A DNA stretch of 64,000 nt from Nitrospirota bacterium (GCA_963749655.1 CAVVOB010000013.1:32001-96000); one strand, 5' to 3'. Numbered from the stretch's first letter, positions 1 through 10,023 are shown. Made by a program: numbers and translations. Notes: generated by a model not told the origin, from the letters alone.

Positions 1-2
1 TC

Positions 3-218
3 AGGCAGGTCAGCCTCACCGATGAGTGGCTCAAGCTCAGGCTTACGCTCTCCTTCGGCGAGCCGGCAGTGCTGTGGCGCGCCCCGGTTGAGACCGTTTC
101 TCAGTCCGAGGCGGGCTTCGAGCGGGTCTATCAGAGCTCGATGGTCCTGCCGGTATGGCGCATCTCCCTCGGAGCCGGAAAGATATGGGAAGTAGAAAAT
201 CGGATCCATCTTGAATAA
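3..218 (+). CDS. 3' end of a GH57 alpha-amylase/4-alpha-glucanotransferase-type protein (partial)
   Basis: Open frame from the window edge to TAA 216-218, translated by hand: ...LWRAPVETVSQSEAGFERVYQSS..., which matches the C-terminal motif of this family as I recall it. Confidence 0.7.
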   Translation, partial: RQVSLTDEWLKLRLTLSFGEPAVLWRAPVETVSQSEAGFERVYQSSMVLPVWRISLGAGKIWEVENRIHLE

Positions 219-238
219 CACATGAGGACATTATCGAA

Positions 239-2050
239 ATGAAGAAAATTTTAACTCAGTCTCTGCTGTTCCTGCTGCTTGCCGCGATCACCGCTGCGGC
301 AGACGACAAGTCCCTCGGTATGAAGCAGTTTACGTCCGTGGACGAGATCGCGTCTTCCATTTCAGCATATTTTCCGAAGGTCCAGGGCGTGGTGAAATCC
401 GTCCAGGGCGATCAGCTTACCATCACGCTGGGGACGAAGGACGGCGTCGTCAGCGGCGTGGAGCTGTCGCTGTGGCGGGACGGGAAAGAGATCCACCACC
501 CCGTGACCGGCGAGGTCATCGGCCGGACCGAGGACGAGGTGGGCAGCCTCGAAATCAACACGGTCGGCGATACGACCTCCACGGGAGTGCTGAAGAAGAA
601 ACTGAAGGAACCGATGGCGGGCGACAAGGCGCGGATCACGCCGAAGAAGATCGTCATGGCGATCGTTCCTCTGCGGACGGACCGCCCCGATATTATCGAG
701 GGCATCCGGGAGCGCCTGAAGGACAGCAACCGGTTCGAGTTGATCGGGCATGACCGCATCAACGATTTTCTCTCCACGCACACGCAACGCGACGCCTCCC
801 TGATCAAGGAGCTGGGGAGAACGTTCAAACTTGACGTCGTGGCAACGATCGAAGTCGTCCCTGCCGACACCAAGTATCTCGTGACCACCAGGCTTTTCTA
901 TGCCGACGACGCGCAACCGCTCGACACGGTCGTGGCAATGCTCGACTTGAGATCGAAGGCGGACGCGTTGGGAGAGATCAGGCCCTTTTTTGCGCCGCCC
1001 AAGGAGGAGCGGGTCGTCACTCCCGAACTGCCCGTGGATGCGCGGTACTTCACGGTCGGCGATTTCGAAGGGGACGGCAAGATGGAGTACGCGTTCCTCG
1101 ACAGGGAGAGGCTTTCCATATACCGGTTTGATCTGAAGTGGCGGGAGATCTGGAAGGAAGACGTCCCGAAGGAATACGGCATGGTTTCCCTGGAATGGAG
1201 CGGTCAGAGCACGGTCGCCGACCCGTCAGCCGGCATCCAGTATATCAATATTGACGCCGCCGATATCGACGGGGACGGCAAAGCCGAGATCTTCGAAACG
1301 GCCATGCTGGGCGGCAAAGTGTTTTCCCGGGTGTTCAAGTACGATGAGGGCATATACCGCCACGGCGCCGATATCCCGGCCCTCCTGCGGGTGATAACGC
1401 TCCCGGGAAAGGGGCAGATCCTCGTCGGCCAGGATTTTGACCCGAACACGTTCTATAGCGGCGCCCTCCGGCAGTATACCTGGTCGGGCAATGCCTATGT
1501 TCCCGGCCCCACGGTGTCTGTTCCTCCCGGAGTAGGATTGTACGGATTTGCGTTGTCCGGTCTGGGAGAACAGAACACGTTGTGCATCGCTTTCGACAGC
1601 GATGACAAACTGGTCGTCTATTCCAAGGACGTAGCGGTGTGGAAGAGCGAAAAGAAATACACCTCCGTGCCCTCAGTCGTTTACCTGCCCGCCACGGGGC
1701 TCAGTGCAGTGTTGTCCGGCTCCTCACCGGAAAAGAACAAAAGACAGCGAATACCGGGCAGGATATCCGTCCTGGACATCAACGGCGATGGAAAGGATGA
1801 GGTGCTGCTCCCGATGCATGAGGGGGGGACCATTCTGAATCCTGTGATGAAAGGCGAACTGGCCGGCTTGAAATGGACCGGTGCGCGCCTCGAAGAGGCC
1901 TGGAGCGTGAAAGCCCTGCCGGGCGCGGTGCTTGATTTCCAGGTGATACGGACCGCGTCAGGCGCCTCCCAATTGCTTGGCCTGGTCAAAACAGCGGGTG
2001 GGCTGTTCTCGAAGGACCGGCAGCAGGTGATGGTCTTTTCGTTTCAGTAA
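239..2050 (+). CDS. Secreted VCBS/FG-GAP repeat protein
   Basis: Signal peptide MKKILTQSLLFLLLAAITAAA; repeats DFEGDGKME, DIDGDGKAE, DINGDGKDE; GAGGA RBS. Confidence 0.75.
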   Translation: MKKILTQSLLFLLLAAITAAADDKSLGMKQFTSVDEIASSISAYFPKVQGVVKSVQGDQLTITLGTKDGVVSGVELSLWRDGKEIHHPVTGEVIGRTEDEVGSLEINTVGDTTSTGVLKKKLKEPMAGDKARITPKKIVMAIVPLRTDRPDIIEGIRERLKDSNRFELIGHDRINDFLSTHTQRDASLIKELGRTFKLDVVATIEVVPADTKYLVTTRLFYADDAQPLDTVVAMLDLRSKADALGEIRPFFAPPKEERVVTPELPVDARYFTVGDFEGDGKMEYAFLDRERLSIYRFDLKWREIWKEDVPKEYGMVSLEWSGQSTVADPSAGIQYINIDAADIDGDGKAEIFETAMLGGKVFSRVFKYDEGIYRHGADIPALLRVITLPGKGQILVGQDFDPNTFYSGALRQYTWSGNAYVPGPTVSVPPGVGLYGFALSGLGEQNTLCIAFDSDDKLVVYSKDVAVWKSEKKYTSVPSVVYLPATGLSAVLSGSSPEKNKRQRIPGRISVLDINGDGKDEVLLPMHEGGTILNPVMKGELAGLKWTGARLEEAWSVKALPGAVLDFQVIRTASGASQLLGLVKTAGGLFSKDRQQVMVFSFQ

Positions 2051-2160
2051 CATGCTTGGAAATTACTTTCGGGAGCGGGAGAAGCGGTGAAGCTGAAGAA
2101 CGGGTGCATTTCAGGGCGCCGTCCCTTTATCCAGACAGTGAAGCGGAGAAATTGAAAGGC

Positions 2161-2913
2161 ATGAAAAGCAAGGATCTCAGTGTTGAGGAACTGCACGCCA
2201 GGGTAGCGGCGAACAGCCTTCCGAAACACCTGGCCATTATCATGGACGGCAACGGCAGATGGGCGGTGCGCAGGGGGCTTCCGCGGGTCGCCGGGCATAA
2301 GCGGGGCGCCGATTCGGTGCGGCGCACCGTCGAGGAGTGCCGGCAGCTCGGGATCGGCGTGCTCACGCTGTACGCCTTCTCGGACGAGAACTGGGGCAGG
2401 CCTAAAGAGGAAGTGGGCTTTCTCATGGATATGCTCGGGTCCTTTCTGAAGGAAGAGATCGCCGCGATGAAGAAGAACGGCATCAAGTTCCGCACCATCG
2501 GCAGGATAGAGCGTCTTCCTGCCGCAGTGCGGTCGTGGATCGAAAAAGCGGTGAAGGAGACGGAGGCCAACAACGGGATGGTCCTGAACCTCGCCCTGTC
2601 CTACGGCGGCCGGGGAGAGATCCTCGAAGCCTTCAGACGGGCGGAAGCCGCCGGCGTCTCTGCCGACCGGATGAGCGACGAGACCTTCGCCTCTTTTCTC
2701 GATACCGCGGGCCTGCCGGACCCGGACCTTATCATCCGCACGAGCGGCGAAAAAAGGATCAGCAACTTCCTCCTGTGGCAGGCCGCGTACGCAGAGTTCT
2801 ATTTTGCCGATGTCCTGTGGCCGGATTTCAGCAAGAGGGAACTTCTCGCCGCGCTGCTCGACTATCAGGGTCGGCAGCGCAGGTTCGGCCTTACCCAGGA
2901 GCAGCTCGTTTGA
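2161..2913 (+). CDS. uppS: Undecaprenyl diphosphate synthase
   Basis: HLAIIMDGNGRWA, YAFSDENW, PDLIIRTSGEKRISNFLLWQ; start set at ATG 2161. Confidence 0.97.
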   Translation: MKSKDLSVEELHARVAANSLPKHLAIIMDGNGRWAVRRGLPRVAGHKRGADSVRRTVEECRQLGIGVLTLYAFSDENWGRPKEEVGFLMDMLGSFLKEEIAAMKKNGIKFRTIGRIERLPAAVRSWIEKAVKETEANNGMVLNLALSYGGRGEILEAFRRAEAAGVSADRMSDETFASFLDTAGLPDPDLIIRTSGEKRISNFLLWQAAYAEFYFADVLWPDFSKRELLAALLDYQGRQRRFGLTQEQLV

Positions 2914-3018
2914 AAATGAGAACAGGCGTTTTTGCGGGTTTCCGAAGAACGTGAAAGAATATTCCCCGGAGAAGTTTGCAGGGGTTGCAGAGAATTAAAA
3001 ACGTGAGGGGGGCGATGC

Positions 3019-3819
3019 ATGCTGCACAAGCGAGTGATCTCGGCACTTCTGTTTCTCCCCATATTCTACCTTGTGTCGTGGAGGCTGCCAGCCCTTTATT
3101 TTACGGCGCTGGTGCTGGCAGCGGCCCTCATGGGGCAGTATGAATTCTATCGCATGGCAAGAGAGCGGGGGAGTCGTCCCCACCTGGTGCTCGGCATGGC
3201 AGCGGGCGCATTCATCGTATTGGAGTTCTATCATCCGCTGGTTTCAGGGATGGGGGGGATGTTCCCGGTCGCGGTCGTCGTCCTCGCCATCATGATCGCC
3301 CGGCTCTTTTCGGCCCGTCCTGTCGAGGGGGCGATCGAGGACGTGTCGGCATCGCTTCTCGGCGTGCTGTACGTGGCGCTCTTGTTCGGCTATCAGGTCG
3401 GCGTTCGCACCGGAATGCACGGGAAACAATGGCTGGTCTTCCTCTACTTCATCATCTGGGCCTCCGACATCGGCGCTTATTCCATCGGCATCCCCTTCGG
3501 CAAACACCGGCTGTATGAGAAGATCAGCCCCAAGAAGAGCATCGAGGGGCTGATGGGCGCTCTTGCGGCTTCAGCGGGCATGGCTCTGCTCTGCCGGGTG
3601 TGGTTCATGCCGTCCATCGGAGCGGGAGAGGCCGTCGGCATCGCGCTGGTGCTCGCCATCGTCGGCACCGTCGGCGATCTGGCTGAATCGATGTTCAAGC
3701 GGTCAGCGGGGATCAAAGACTCGGGCAGCATCATTCCCGGCCATGGCGGGATCCTGGACCGCATGGACAGCATGCTCTTTGCCGCGCCGGTGCTGTATTA
3801 CTATTTAAAGATGAGGTGA
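3019..3819 (+). CDS. cdsA: Phosphatidate cytidylyltransferase
   Basis: Polytopic membrane protein; ISPKKSIEG, GDLAESMFKR, KDSGSIIPGHGGILDRMDS; synteny. Confidence 0.97.
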   Translation: MLHKRVISALLFLPIFYLVSWRLPALYFTALVLAAALMGQYEFYRMARERGSRPHLVLGMAAGAFIVLEFYHPLVSGMGGMFPVAVVVLAIMIARLFSARPVEGAIEDVSASLLGVLYVALLFGYQVGVRTGMHGKQWLVFLYFIIWASDIGAYSIGIPFGKHRLYEKISPKKSIEGLMGALAASAGMALLCRVWFMPSIGAGEAVGIALVLAIVGTVGDLAESMFKRSAGIKDSGSIIPGHGGILDRMDSMLFAAPVLYYYLKMR

Positions 3820-3820
3820 A

Positions 3821-3909
3821 AGAGAGAATGCAGCGGCCAGGAGCCGGAATGCAGAATGACGACCTTTCTGTTTTCAACTCCTGACTCCCGGTTTCTGAAT
3901 TCTGACTCC
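3821..3909 (+). repeat. Heptamer-unit intergenic hairpin element
   Basis: Left arm cagcggc-caggagc-cggaatg-cagaatg; right arm ctcctga-ctcccgg-tttctga-attctga. Confidence 0.6.
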
Positions 3910-3914
3910 TTTTT

Positions 3915-5081
3915 ATGAAAACAATCTCCATACTTGGTTCCACCGGGTCCATCGGGCAATCGACCCTTTCAGTGGTCGAGAAATTTTCCGACCGCTTTCG
4001 GGTTGTGGCCCTCGCAGCAGGCAATAACATAGATCTCCTGGAACGGCAGGTGAGGCAGTTCAGGCCTTCCGTCGTTTCCCTGTCCGGCGAGGAGCTTGCC
4101 GCGACCCTCAGGAAGCGCTGCAACGGATTGAACGTCCGCATCCTGTCCGGCATAGAGGGGATGATCCAGGTTGCATCGGCGGAGGAAGCGGACATTACGG
4201 TCTCGGCAATCGTTGGGACGGCCGGACTGGTGCCGACCATGGCCGCGATCCGCTCGGGAAAGACCATTGCCCTGGCGAACAAGGAAGTGCTCGTGACCGC
4301 CGGGGAACTGGTCATGGAGGAGTGCCGCAGCCGGGGGGTAAGCCTGCTTCCCGTGGACAGCGAACACAGCGCTATTTTCCAGTGCCGGCAGGCCGGCGAA
4401 GGGCGGGACATCCGGCAGCTCATTCTGACGGCATCAGGCGGGCCGTTCCGGGGATATTCGAAAGCGGACCTGGCGAAGGTCACGCTGGCACAGGCGCTCA
4501 AACATCCGAACTGGAGCATGGGCAGGAAGATCACCATCGATTCGGCGACGCTCATGAACAAGGGACTCGAAGTGATCGAAGCGCGGTGGCTCTTCGGGCT
4601 GCCGCCGGAGCAGATCAAGGTGCTTGTCCATCCCCAGAGCATCGTTCATTCCATGGTGGAGTATCGGGACGGGGCGGTCGTCGCCCAGCTCGGCATGCCC
4701 GATATGAAAGGCCCCATCGCCTATGCGCTCTCCTATCCCGAGCGCCTGGAGAGTGTGTCCCCGGCCCTGGACCTTGCCCGCGTGGGAACGCTCACCTTCG
4801 AGGAGCCTGATCTCGGCCTCTTCCCCTGCCTGGCCTATGCCTTCGATGCTCTGCAAGCCGGGGGCACCATGCCCGCGGTTGTGTCGGCCGCGAACGAGGT
4901 GGCGGTTAAACATTTTCTCGCCGAGAACATCGGCTACGGCGACATTGCCCGCGTCATCAGGACGACCATGGATGCCCACGCGCCTGGGCCCATCAAGACC
5001 GTCGAGGATGCGCTCAAGGCGGACCTCTGGGCACGGCAGAAAGCGGAGAAAATCATAGCAACGAAATTTAACCACGGATGA
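3915..5081 (+). CDS. dxr: 1-deoxy-D-xylulose-5-phosphate reductoisomerase
   Basis: LGSTGSIG, LANKE, LPVDSEHSAIFQ, HPNWSMGRKITIDSATLMNKGLE. Confidence 0.98.
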   Translation: MKTISILGSTGSIGQSTLSVVEKFSDRFRVVALAAGNNIDLLERQVRQFRPSVVSLSGEELAATLRKRCNGLNVRILSGIEGMIQVASAEEADITVSAIVGTAGLVPTMAAIRSGKTIALANKEVLVTAGELVMEECRSRGVSLLPVDSEHSAIFQCRQAGEGRDIRQLILTASGGPFRGYSKADLAKVTLAQALKHPNWSMGRKITIDSATLMNKGLEVIEARWLFGLPPEQIKVLVHPQSIVHSMVEYRDGAVVAQLGMPDMKGPIAYALSYPERLESVSPALDLARVGTLTFEEPDLGLFPCLAYAFDALQAGGTMPAVVSAANEVAVKHFLAENIGYGDIARVIRTTMDAHAPGPIKTVEDALKADLWARQKAEKIIATKFNHG

Positions 5082-5171
5082 ACACGGATAAACACTGAAA
5101 CATCAGGGCGTGTGCTGAATAATCTTCGGGGGTCTGCCCGTATCTGCGTTCATCTGTGTTAATCTGTGGTT
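5070..5171 (+). repeat. 10-mer-unit inverted repeat element, copy 1
   Basis: aaccacggatg-aacacggata-aacactga ... atctgcgtt-catctgtgtt-aatctgtggtt. Confidence 0.85.
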
Positions 5172-5188
5172 CCCGACAAGGAGTTTTC

Positions 5189-6472
5189 ATGACATTAATC
5201 TACTTTCTCATCGTAATCGGCATCCTCGTGTTCGTGCACGAGTTCGGTCACTTTGTTATGGCGAAGCGGGCCGGCGTGCGGGTCGAGAAATTTTCCCTGG
5301 GCATGGGGCCCAAGCTGTTCGGGTACAAGAAGGGCGACACCGAGTACGTTCTCTCCGCATTGCCGCTGGGCGGCTACGTCAAAATGGCCGGTGAGAATCC
5401 GGACGAGGAACCGACCGGCGCGGCCGATGAGTTCCAGTCCAAGTCCGTCTGGCAGCGCGTCAAGATCGCGGCCACCGGGCCGCTCACGAACATTGTACTT
5501 GCCTTTCTCGTGATGCCTCTCGTTTTTATGGTCGGGACCTATACTGAGGGACCGGCCCAGGTCGGATTCGTGGAAAAGGGTTCTCCTGCCGAACGCGCGG
5601 GATTCACGGCCGGAGACGTGATCGAGGAGATCAACGGCAGGAGCATCGACGACTGGACTAAGGCACTGTCCCTGATCGCGGTCAATCCCGACACGGACGT
5701 GAAGGTAGTCATCAACCGCAGCGGCGAACGGAAAGAACTTTTGCTGCGGCCGGAGACGGCAACGGAGCTCAAGATCGGCATGTCGGGCCTTATTCCGAAC
5801 ATGCCGGCGGAGATCGGCAAGCTCAAGCCCGGGTTCCCGGCTGATAAGGCGGGGATCAAGGCGAACGACAAGGTTCTCGCCATCGACGGCACGACGATCT
5901 ACCACTGGAACCAGCTGTCTGCTCTGGTGAAGGAGAGCCAGGGGAAACCCCTTGTCTTGATTCTCGAACGCAACGGCGAACGTTTGCAGAGGACGATGAC
6001 CCCCGTGAAGGACGGGGGGCGCTATGTGATCGGCGTGGAGCCGGTCATGAGGCTCGTGTTCAAGAAGTACGGTGTTATCGACTCGTTGCGCCTCGGATTC
6101 AACAAAACAATAGAATCCATCGACCTCACGTACATTACGCTGAAGAAGCTGGTGACTTTCAACCTTTCCATTAAGACGCTCGGCGGACCGGTGATGATCG
6201 CGCAGATGTCGGGCCAGGCTGCTGCTGCGGGCCTGTCTTCCTTCCTGTCGCTTCTCGCCATGATCAGCATATCCCTCGGCATCCTGAACCTGCTCCCTAT
6301 ACCCGTGCTGGACGGAGGGCTGATCCTGTTCCTCGTGATCGAAGCCGTTCGCAAGAAGCCGCTGGCCAGAAAGACCATGGAAGTGGCCCAGAGCATAGGC
6401 GCGGCCGTGCTGATCACCCTTATCGCAGTCGTGTCCTACAACGATGTCATGAGGATGTTCTTCAGCAAATAA
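5189..6472 (+). CDS. rseP: RIP metalloprotease RseP (two PDZ domains)
   Basis: HEFGH, LPLGGYVKM, NLLPIPVLDGG; AAGGAG RBS before ATG 5189. Confidence 0.97.
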   Translation: MTLIYFLIVIGILVFVHEFGHFVMAKRAGVRVEKFSLGMGPKLFGYKKGDTEYVLSALPLGGYVKMAGENPDEEPTGAADEFQSKSVWQRVKIAATGPLTNIVLAFLVMPLVFMVGTYTEGPAQVGFVEKGSPAERAGFTAGDVIEEINGRSIDDWTKALSLIAVNPDTDVKVVINRSGERKELLLRPETATELKIGMSGLIPNMPAEIGKLKPGFPADKAGIKANDKVLAIDGTTIYHWNQLSALVKESQGKPLVLILERNGERLQRTMTPVKDGGRYVIGVEPVMRLVFKKYGVIDSLRLGFNKTIESIDLTYITLKKLVTFNLSIKTLGGPVMIAQMSGQAAAAGLSSFLSLLAMISISLGILNLLPIPVLDGGLILFLVIEAVRKKPLARKTMEVAQSIGAAVLITLIAVVSYNDVMRMFFSK

Positions 6473-6489
6473 CAATACCCGAGCCCAGT

Positions 6490-6555
6490 CTCACAGGAAG
6501 GCACGAAGGCACAAAGAGAACCGTTTTTCTTCGTGCCTTTGCGGCTTTGTGTGAG
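6490..6555 (+). repeat. 9-mer-unit inverted repeat element
   Basis: ctcacaggaag-gcacgaag-gcacaaag ... cttcgtgc-ctttgcgg-ctttgtgtgag. Confidence 0.75.
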
Positions 6556-6578
6556 TATGGTTTTTTCAGAATGCGCTT

Positions 6579-7658
6579 ATGAGTAATCTCCCGACACGCA
6601 AAAAAACGAAGCAAATTACCCTCGGCGGGATCAAGATCGGCGGAGGCGCGCCCGTGGCGGTCCAGTCCATGTGCAACACGGACACCCGCGATTCAGCAAA
6701 GACCCTTGCCCAGATCGGACACCTGGAGCAGGCGGGGTGCGAGATCGTCAGGCTGGCGGTGCCCGATGAAGAAGCGGCGAAGGCGCTCGGTTTGATCCGG
6801 AAGGGCACGCAGATGCCGCTCATCGCAGACATCCACTTCGATTATCGTCTGGCGCTCGAAGCGGTCCGGCAGGGCGTGGACGGCCTGCGCATCAACCCCG
6901 GCAATATCGGCGGGAAAGAAAAGGTCTCTGAAGTGGTCCGGGCCTGCAGGGACCGGAACATCCCGATCCGCATCGGCGTGAACGCCGGCTCTCTTGAAAA
7001 GCACCTTCTGGAGAAGTACGGACATCCGACGCCGGAAGCCATTGTCGAGAGCGCCTTCGGTCACATCCGCATCCTCGAGGACCTGAATTTCAGCGACCTC
7101 AAAGTTTCACTCAAAGCCTCAGACGTAATGACCACGGTGGCGGCATACCGTTTGTTTTCGCAGAAGTCCGACTACCCGCTCCACATCGGCATTTCCGAGG
7201 CAGGCACGCTCTTCTCCGGAACGATCAAGTCGAGCGTAGGCCTCGGGATCCTTCTCTCCGAGGGTATCGGCGACACCATGCGCGTCTCGCTCACGGCAGA
7301 TCCGGTTGAGGAAGTGCGTGTCGCCTGGGAGATCATGAAATCGCTCAAAGTGCGCCAGCGCGGCGTGAACATCATATCCTGCCCCACCTGCGGCAGGACC
7401 GAGATCGACATCATCGGTCTCGCATCAGAGGTCGAGAAGCGGCTTGCTTCCGTCAAGGAGCCGATCACCGTGGCGGTCATGGGTTGCGTGGTGAACGGAC
7501 CAGGAGAGGCACGCGAAGCCGATGTGGGCATTGCCGGCGGCAAGGGTGTAGGGCTTCTGTTCAAGCACGGCGAGATCGTGAAGAAGTTCGACGAGAAGGA
7601 ACTGGCGGATGTGCTGGTGAAGGAGGTTGAGGAGATTGTAAAAGAGGGAAAGGAATAG
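6579..7658 (+). CDS. ispG: HMBPP synthase
   Basis: VQSMCNT, ADIHFDY, RINPGNIG, SCPTCGRT, MGCVVNGPGE. Confidence 0.98.
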   Translation: MSNLPTRKKTKQITLGGIKIGGGAPVAVQSMCNTDTRDSAKTLAQIGHLEQAGCEIVRLAVPDEEAAKALGLIRKGTQMPLIADIHFDYRLALEAVRQGVDGLRINPGNIGGKEKVSEVVRACRDRNIPIRIGVNAGSLEKHLLEKYGHPTPEAIVESAFGHIRILEDLNFSDLKVSLKASDVMTTVAAYRLFSQKSDYPLHIGISEAGTLFSGTIKSSVGLGILLSEGIGDTMRVSLTADPVEEVRVAWEIMKSLKVRQRGVNIISCPTCGRTEIDIIGLASEVEKRLASVKEPITVAVMGCVVNGPGEAREADVGIAGGKGVGLLFKHGEIVKKFDEKELADVLVKEVEEIVKEGKE

Positions 7659-7712
7659 AGATAGGTCCTCTCCCTCGGAGGGGAGAGGATGAGAAAACCG
7701 TTTGGAGGTTTC

Positions 7713-9404
7713 ATGCGTTACAGCAGAATGTTCATTCCCACCTTGAAAGAAGCTCCGGCCGAGGCCGAAGCGATCTCGCACAAGCTCATGGTGCGCGCGG
7801 GCTTCGTGCGTCAGCTCGCGGCCGGGCTTTACATCTATCTGCCTCTCGGCATCCGGGTGATGGAAAAGATCAACCGGATCATCCGCGAGGAAATGAACGC
7901 CATCGGCGGACAGGAAGTGACCATGCCGGTCCTGAACCCCGCGGAAGTCTGGCAGCAGACTGGCCGGTGGGACGTGATCGGCGACGAGATGTTCCGGCTC
8001 AAGGACCGGGGCGGACGGGACATGTGCCTGGCCATGACGCACGAGGAGACCATGACCTGGCTTGCGGCCCATGACCTCCGTTCCTACCGCGAGCTGCCGC
8101 AGATCTGGTACCAGCTCCAGACCAAGCTTCGCGACGAGGCGCGGCCCAAGAGCGGGGTGCTCCGGACGCGGGAGTTCACGATGAAGGACTCCTACAGCTT
8201 CGACCGGGACGAAGCCGGGCTCGACAAGTCCTACCAGCTCCATCTGGAAGCCTATAAAAAGATCTACAGCCGCTGCGGCATCAGGTTCTATGTGGTCCAG
8301 AGCGACACCGGCATGATGGGCGGCTCCATGGCCCACGAGTACATGGCGCCTTCGGCTGCGGGCGAGGACGACGTGGCGCTCTGCGACGGCTGCGGATACG
8401 CTGCGAACACCGAGCTTGCCCTGTCCGTGCCGAAGCCGTCGCCTGCGGTCAGCGAAAACTTCGAAGAGATCGCGACGCCGGAGCGGCGGACCATCGAAGA
8501 AGTGACGCGGTTCCTGAAGGTCACGCCTGACCGCCTGCTCAAGTCGATCCTCGTCATGACCGACAACGGCCCGGTGCTCGCCCTGGTGCGCGGCGATCAG
8601 ATGCTCCATGAGAAGAAGCTTGCGAAGGTCATCGGGACGCACCGGCCCGCGCAGAAGGACGAGGTCAAGGCCGCTCTCGGTGTTCCGGCCGGGTTCATCG
8701 GGCCAATGGGGCACAAGATCCGAAAGGTGGCGGACCCGGTGCTCAAACAGGGCGCCTATATCGCGGGCGCCAACAAGGAAGGCTTCCACGTGAAGGGAGT
8801 CGTTGCGGACCGTCATTTCAGTGATGCCGAGTTTGCCGACATCCATACGGCAACGGCGGACGACTTCTGCACCCAGTGCGGCAAACCCCTCAGGATCGAC
8901 CGGGTGATCGAGATCGGGAACATCTTCAAGCTCGGCACGAAATATTCGGCGCCCCTCAAGGCGAACTATCTCGATGAGGAGGGGAACGAGAAGCCGATCG
9001 TCATGGGCAGCTACGGCATCGGCCCCGCGCGCATAGCGGCCGCGGCCATCGAACAGGGAAACGACGAGAACGGCATCGTCTGGCCCCTTGCGATCGCGCC
9101 CTTTCAGATCCTGATCATCCCGGTAAACGTGAAGGACGTAAACTCCATGGACAGGGCCGAGGAATTGTACGCCGCGTTGGAGGAAAAGGGCTTTGAAGTT
9201 CTGATGGACGACCGCGACGAACGGGCGGGCGTCAAATTCAAGGACGCGGACCTCGTCGGCATTCCCTGGCGTGTCGTGATCGGCGAGAAGAACCTGAAAG
9301 ATGGTCTGGTGGAGATAAAGGAGCGGAAGACCGGGACCGTTGAGAAGGTGAAGGTGGGGGAAGCGGTCGAGGCGATCGTGAAGAAGCTTGTGATGGAAGC
9401 GTGA
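7713..9404 (+). CDS. proS: Proline--tRNA ligase with editing domain
   Basis: PTLKEAP, MTHEE, RDEARPKSGVLRTREFTMKDSYSF, IEIGNIFKLGTKYS, MGSYGIG. Confidence 0.98.
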   Translation: MRYSRMFIPTLKEAPAEAEAISHKLMVRAGFVRQLAAGLYIYLPLGIRVMEKINRIIREEMNAIGGQEVTMPVLNPAEVWQQTGRWDVIGDEMFRLKDRGGRDMCLAMTHEETMTWLAAHDLRSYRELPQIWYQLQTKLRDEARPKSGVLRTREFTMKDSYSFDRDEAGLDKSYQLHLEAYKKIYSRCGIRFYVVQSDTGMMGGSMAHEYMAPSAAGEDDVALCDGCGYAANTELALSVPKPSPAVSENFEEIATPERRTIEEVTRFLKVTPDRLLKSILVMTDNGPVLALVRGDQMLHEKKLAKVIGTHRPAQKDEVKAALGVPAGFIGPMGHKIRKVADPVLKQGAYIAGANKEGFHVKGVVADRHFSDAEFADIHTATADDFCTQCGKPLRIDRVIEIGNIFKLGTKYSAPLKANYLDEEGNEKPIVMGSYGIGPARIAAAAIEQGNDENGIVWPLAIAPFQILIIPVNVKDVNSMDRAEELYAALEEKGFEVLMDDRDERAGVKFKDADLVGIPWRVVIGEKNLKDGLVEIKERKTGTVEKVKVGEAVEAIVKKLVMEA

Positions 9405-9482
9405 CTCGACTTCGAAAGGTGGAGTGCCCCGACTGTGTCGGGACAGGCTCCATGGGGAATACGGAATGAACGGGGGCATCGG

Positions 9483-9722
9483 TTGGAACAGGATATAGAG
9501 CGGATCAAGGCCCTTATCAACGAGAAGAACGAGCAATACCAGCGGCGCGGCGGTACCGTGCGTCTTGCCGGCATAGACGGTTCTACGGTCCAAATTGCGC
9601 CGGAGGGCTTTTGCTGGAGATGACACATAACACGCGTCGCCCTGGTCCAGGGCTTGCAAGAGCAGATAAAAACTGAGTTTTCCTGGGTGGAAAGGGTCGT
9701 CGTGGTCAAGCCGCAACAGTGA
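9483..9722 (+). CDS. NifU C-terminal-like protein with in-frame UGA (CxxU), putative selenoprotein
   Basis: GGTVRLAGIDGSTVQIAPEGFCWR-[TGA 9621-9623]-HITRVALVQGLQEQIKTEFSWVERV; the frame stays open and NifU-like after the TGA; hairpin at 9639-9653. Confidence 0.7.
9639..9653 (+). promoter_or_regulatory. Candidate bacterial SECIS hairpin
   Basis: gccctg-GTC-cagggc; loop starts with G about 21 nt after the UGA. Confidence 0.55.
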
Positions 9723-9741
9723 CTAAGGTCGCAGAAAATAC

Positions 9742-9770
9742 TTGAATTTCTCTGGTAAAGCACCTATAAT
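9742..9770 (+). promoter_or_regulatory. Sigma70-like promoter
   Basis: TTGAAT-17-TATAAT, followed by GGAGG 9781 and GTG 9796. Confidence 0.65.
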
Positions 9771-9795
9771 CGTCGCTCATGGAGGATGCGCTACC

Positions 9796-10023
9796 GTGGA
9801 GGAAATTGTCAAGCTTCAGTTGACTGCCCAGCAGACTGCGGATATAAAAAAGCAGATCGGGTTCGAACTTCGGGAAATCTACCTCACGAAGAAATCCCTG
9901 AATAAACTCCGGGTATTCCGGCTGCGTCTCAGCGAGGAACAGCAGGAGGTTCTGGAGGAACAGCTTGGGCAGAAGGTAAGAGAGTTGACCGTCACGCGTT
10001 CGGTCGCGACAAGGATCCTTTAG
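9796..10023 (+). CDS. Small hypothetical protein with two internal 28-aa repeats
   Basis: Promoter and RBS present; VKLQLTAQQTADIKKQIGFELREIYLTK vs FRLRLSEEQQEVLEEQLGQKVRELTVTR. Confidence 0.7.
   Translation: MEEIVKLQLTAQQTADIKKQIGFELREIYLTKKSLNKLRVFRLRLSEEQQEVLEEQLGQKVRELTVTRSVATRIL

Noticed and set aside
7425-9716. Long antisense ORFs (also 10484-12232, 24470-26947, 42703-44412, 50865-51911)
   Set aside because: They mirror well-supported genes and are expected from GC-rich codon bias. No motifs or RBS.
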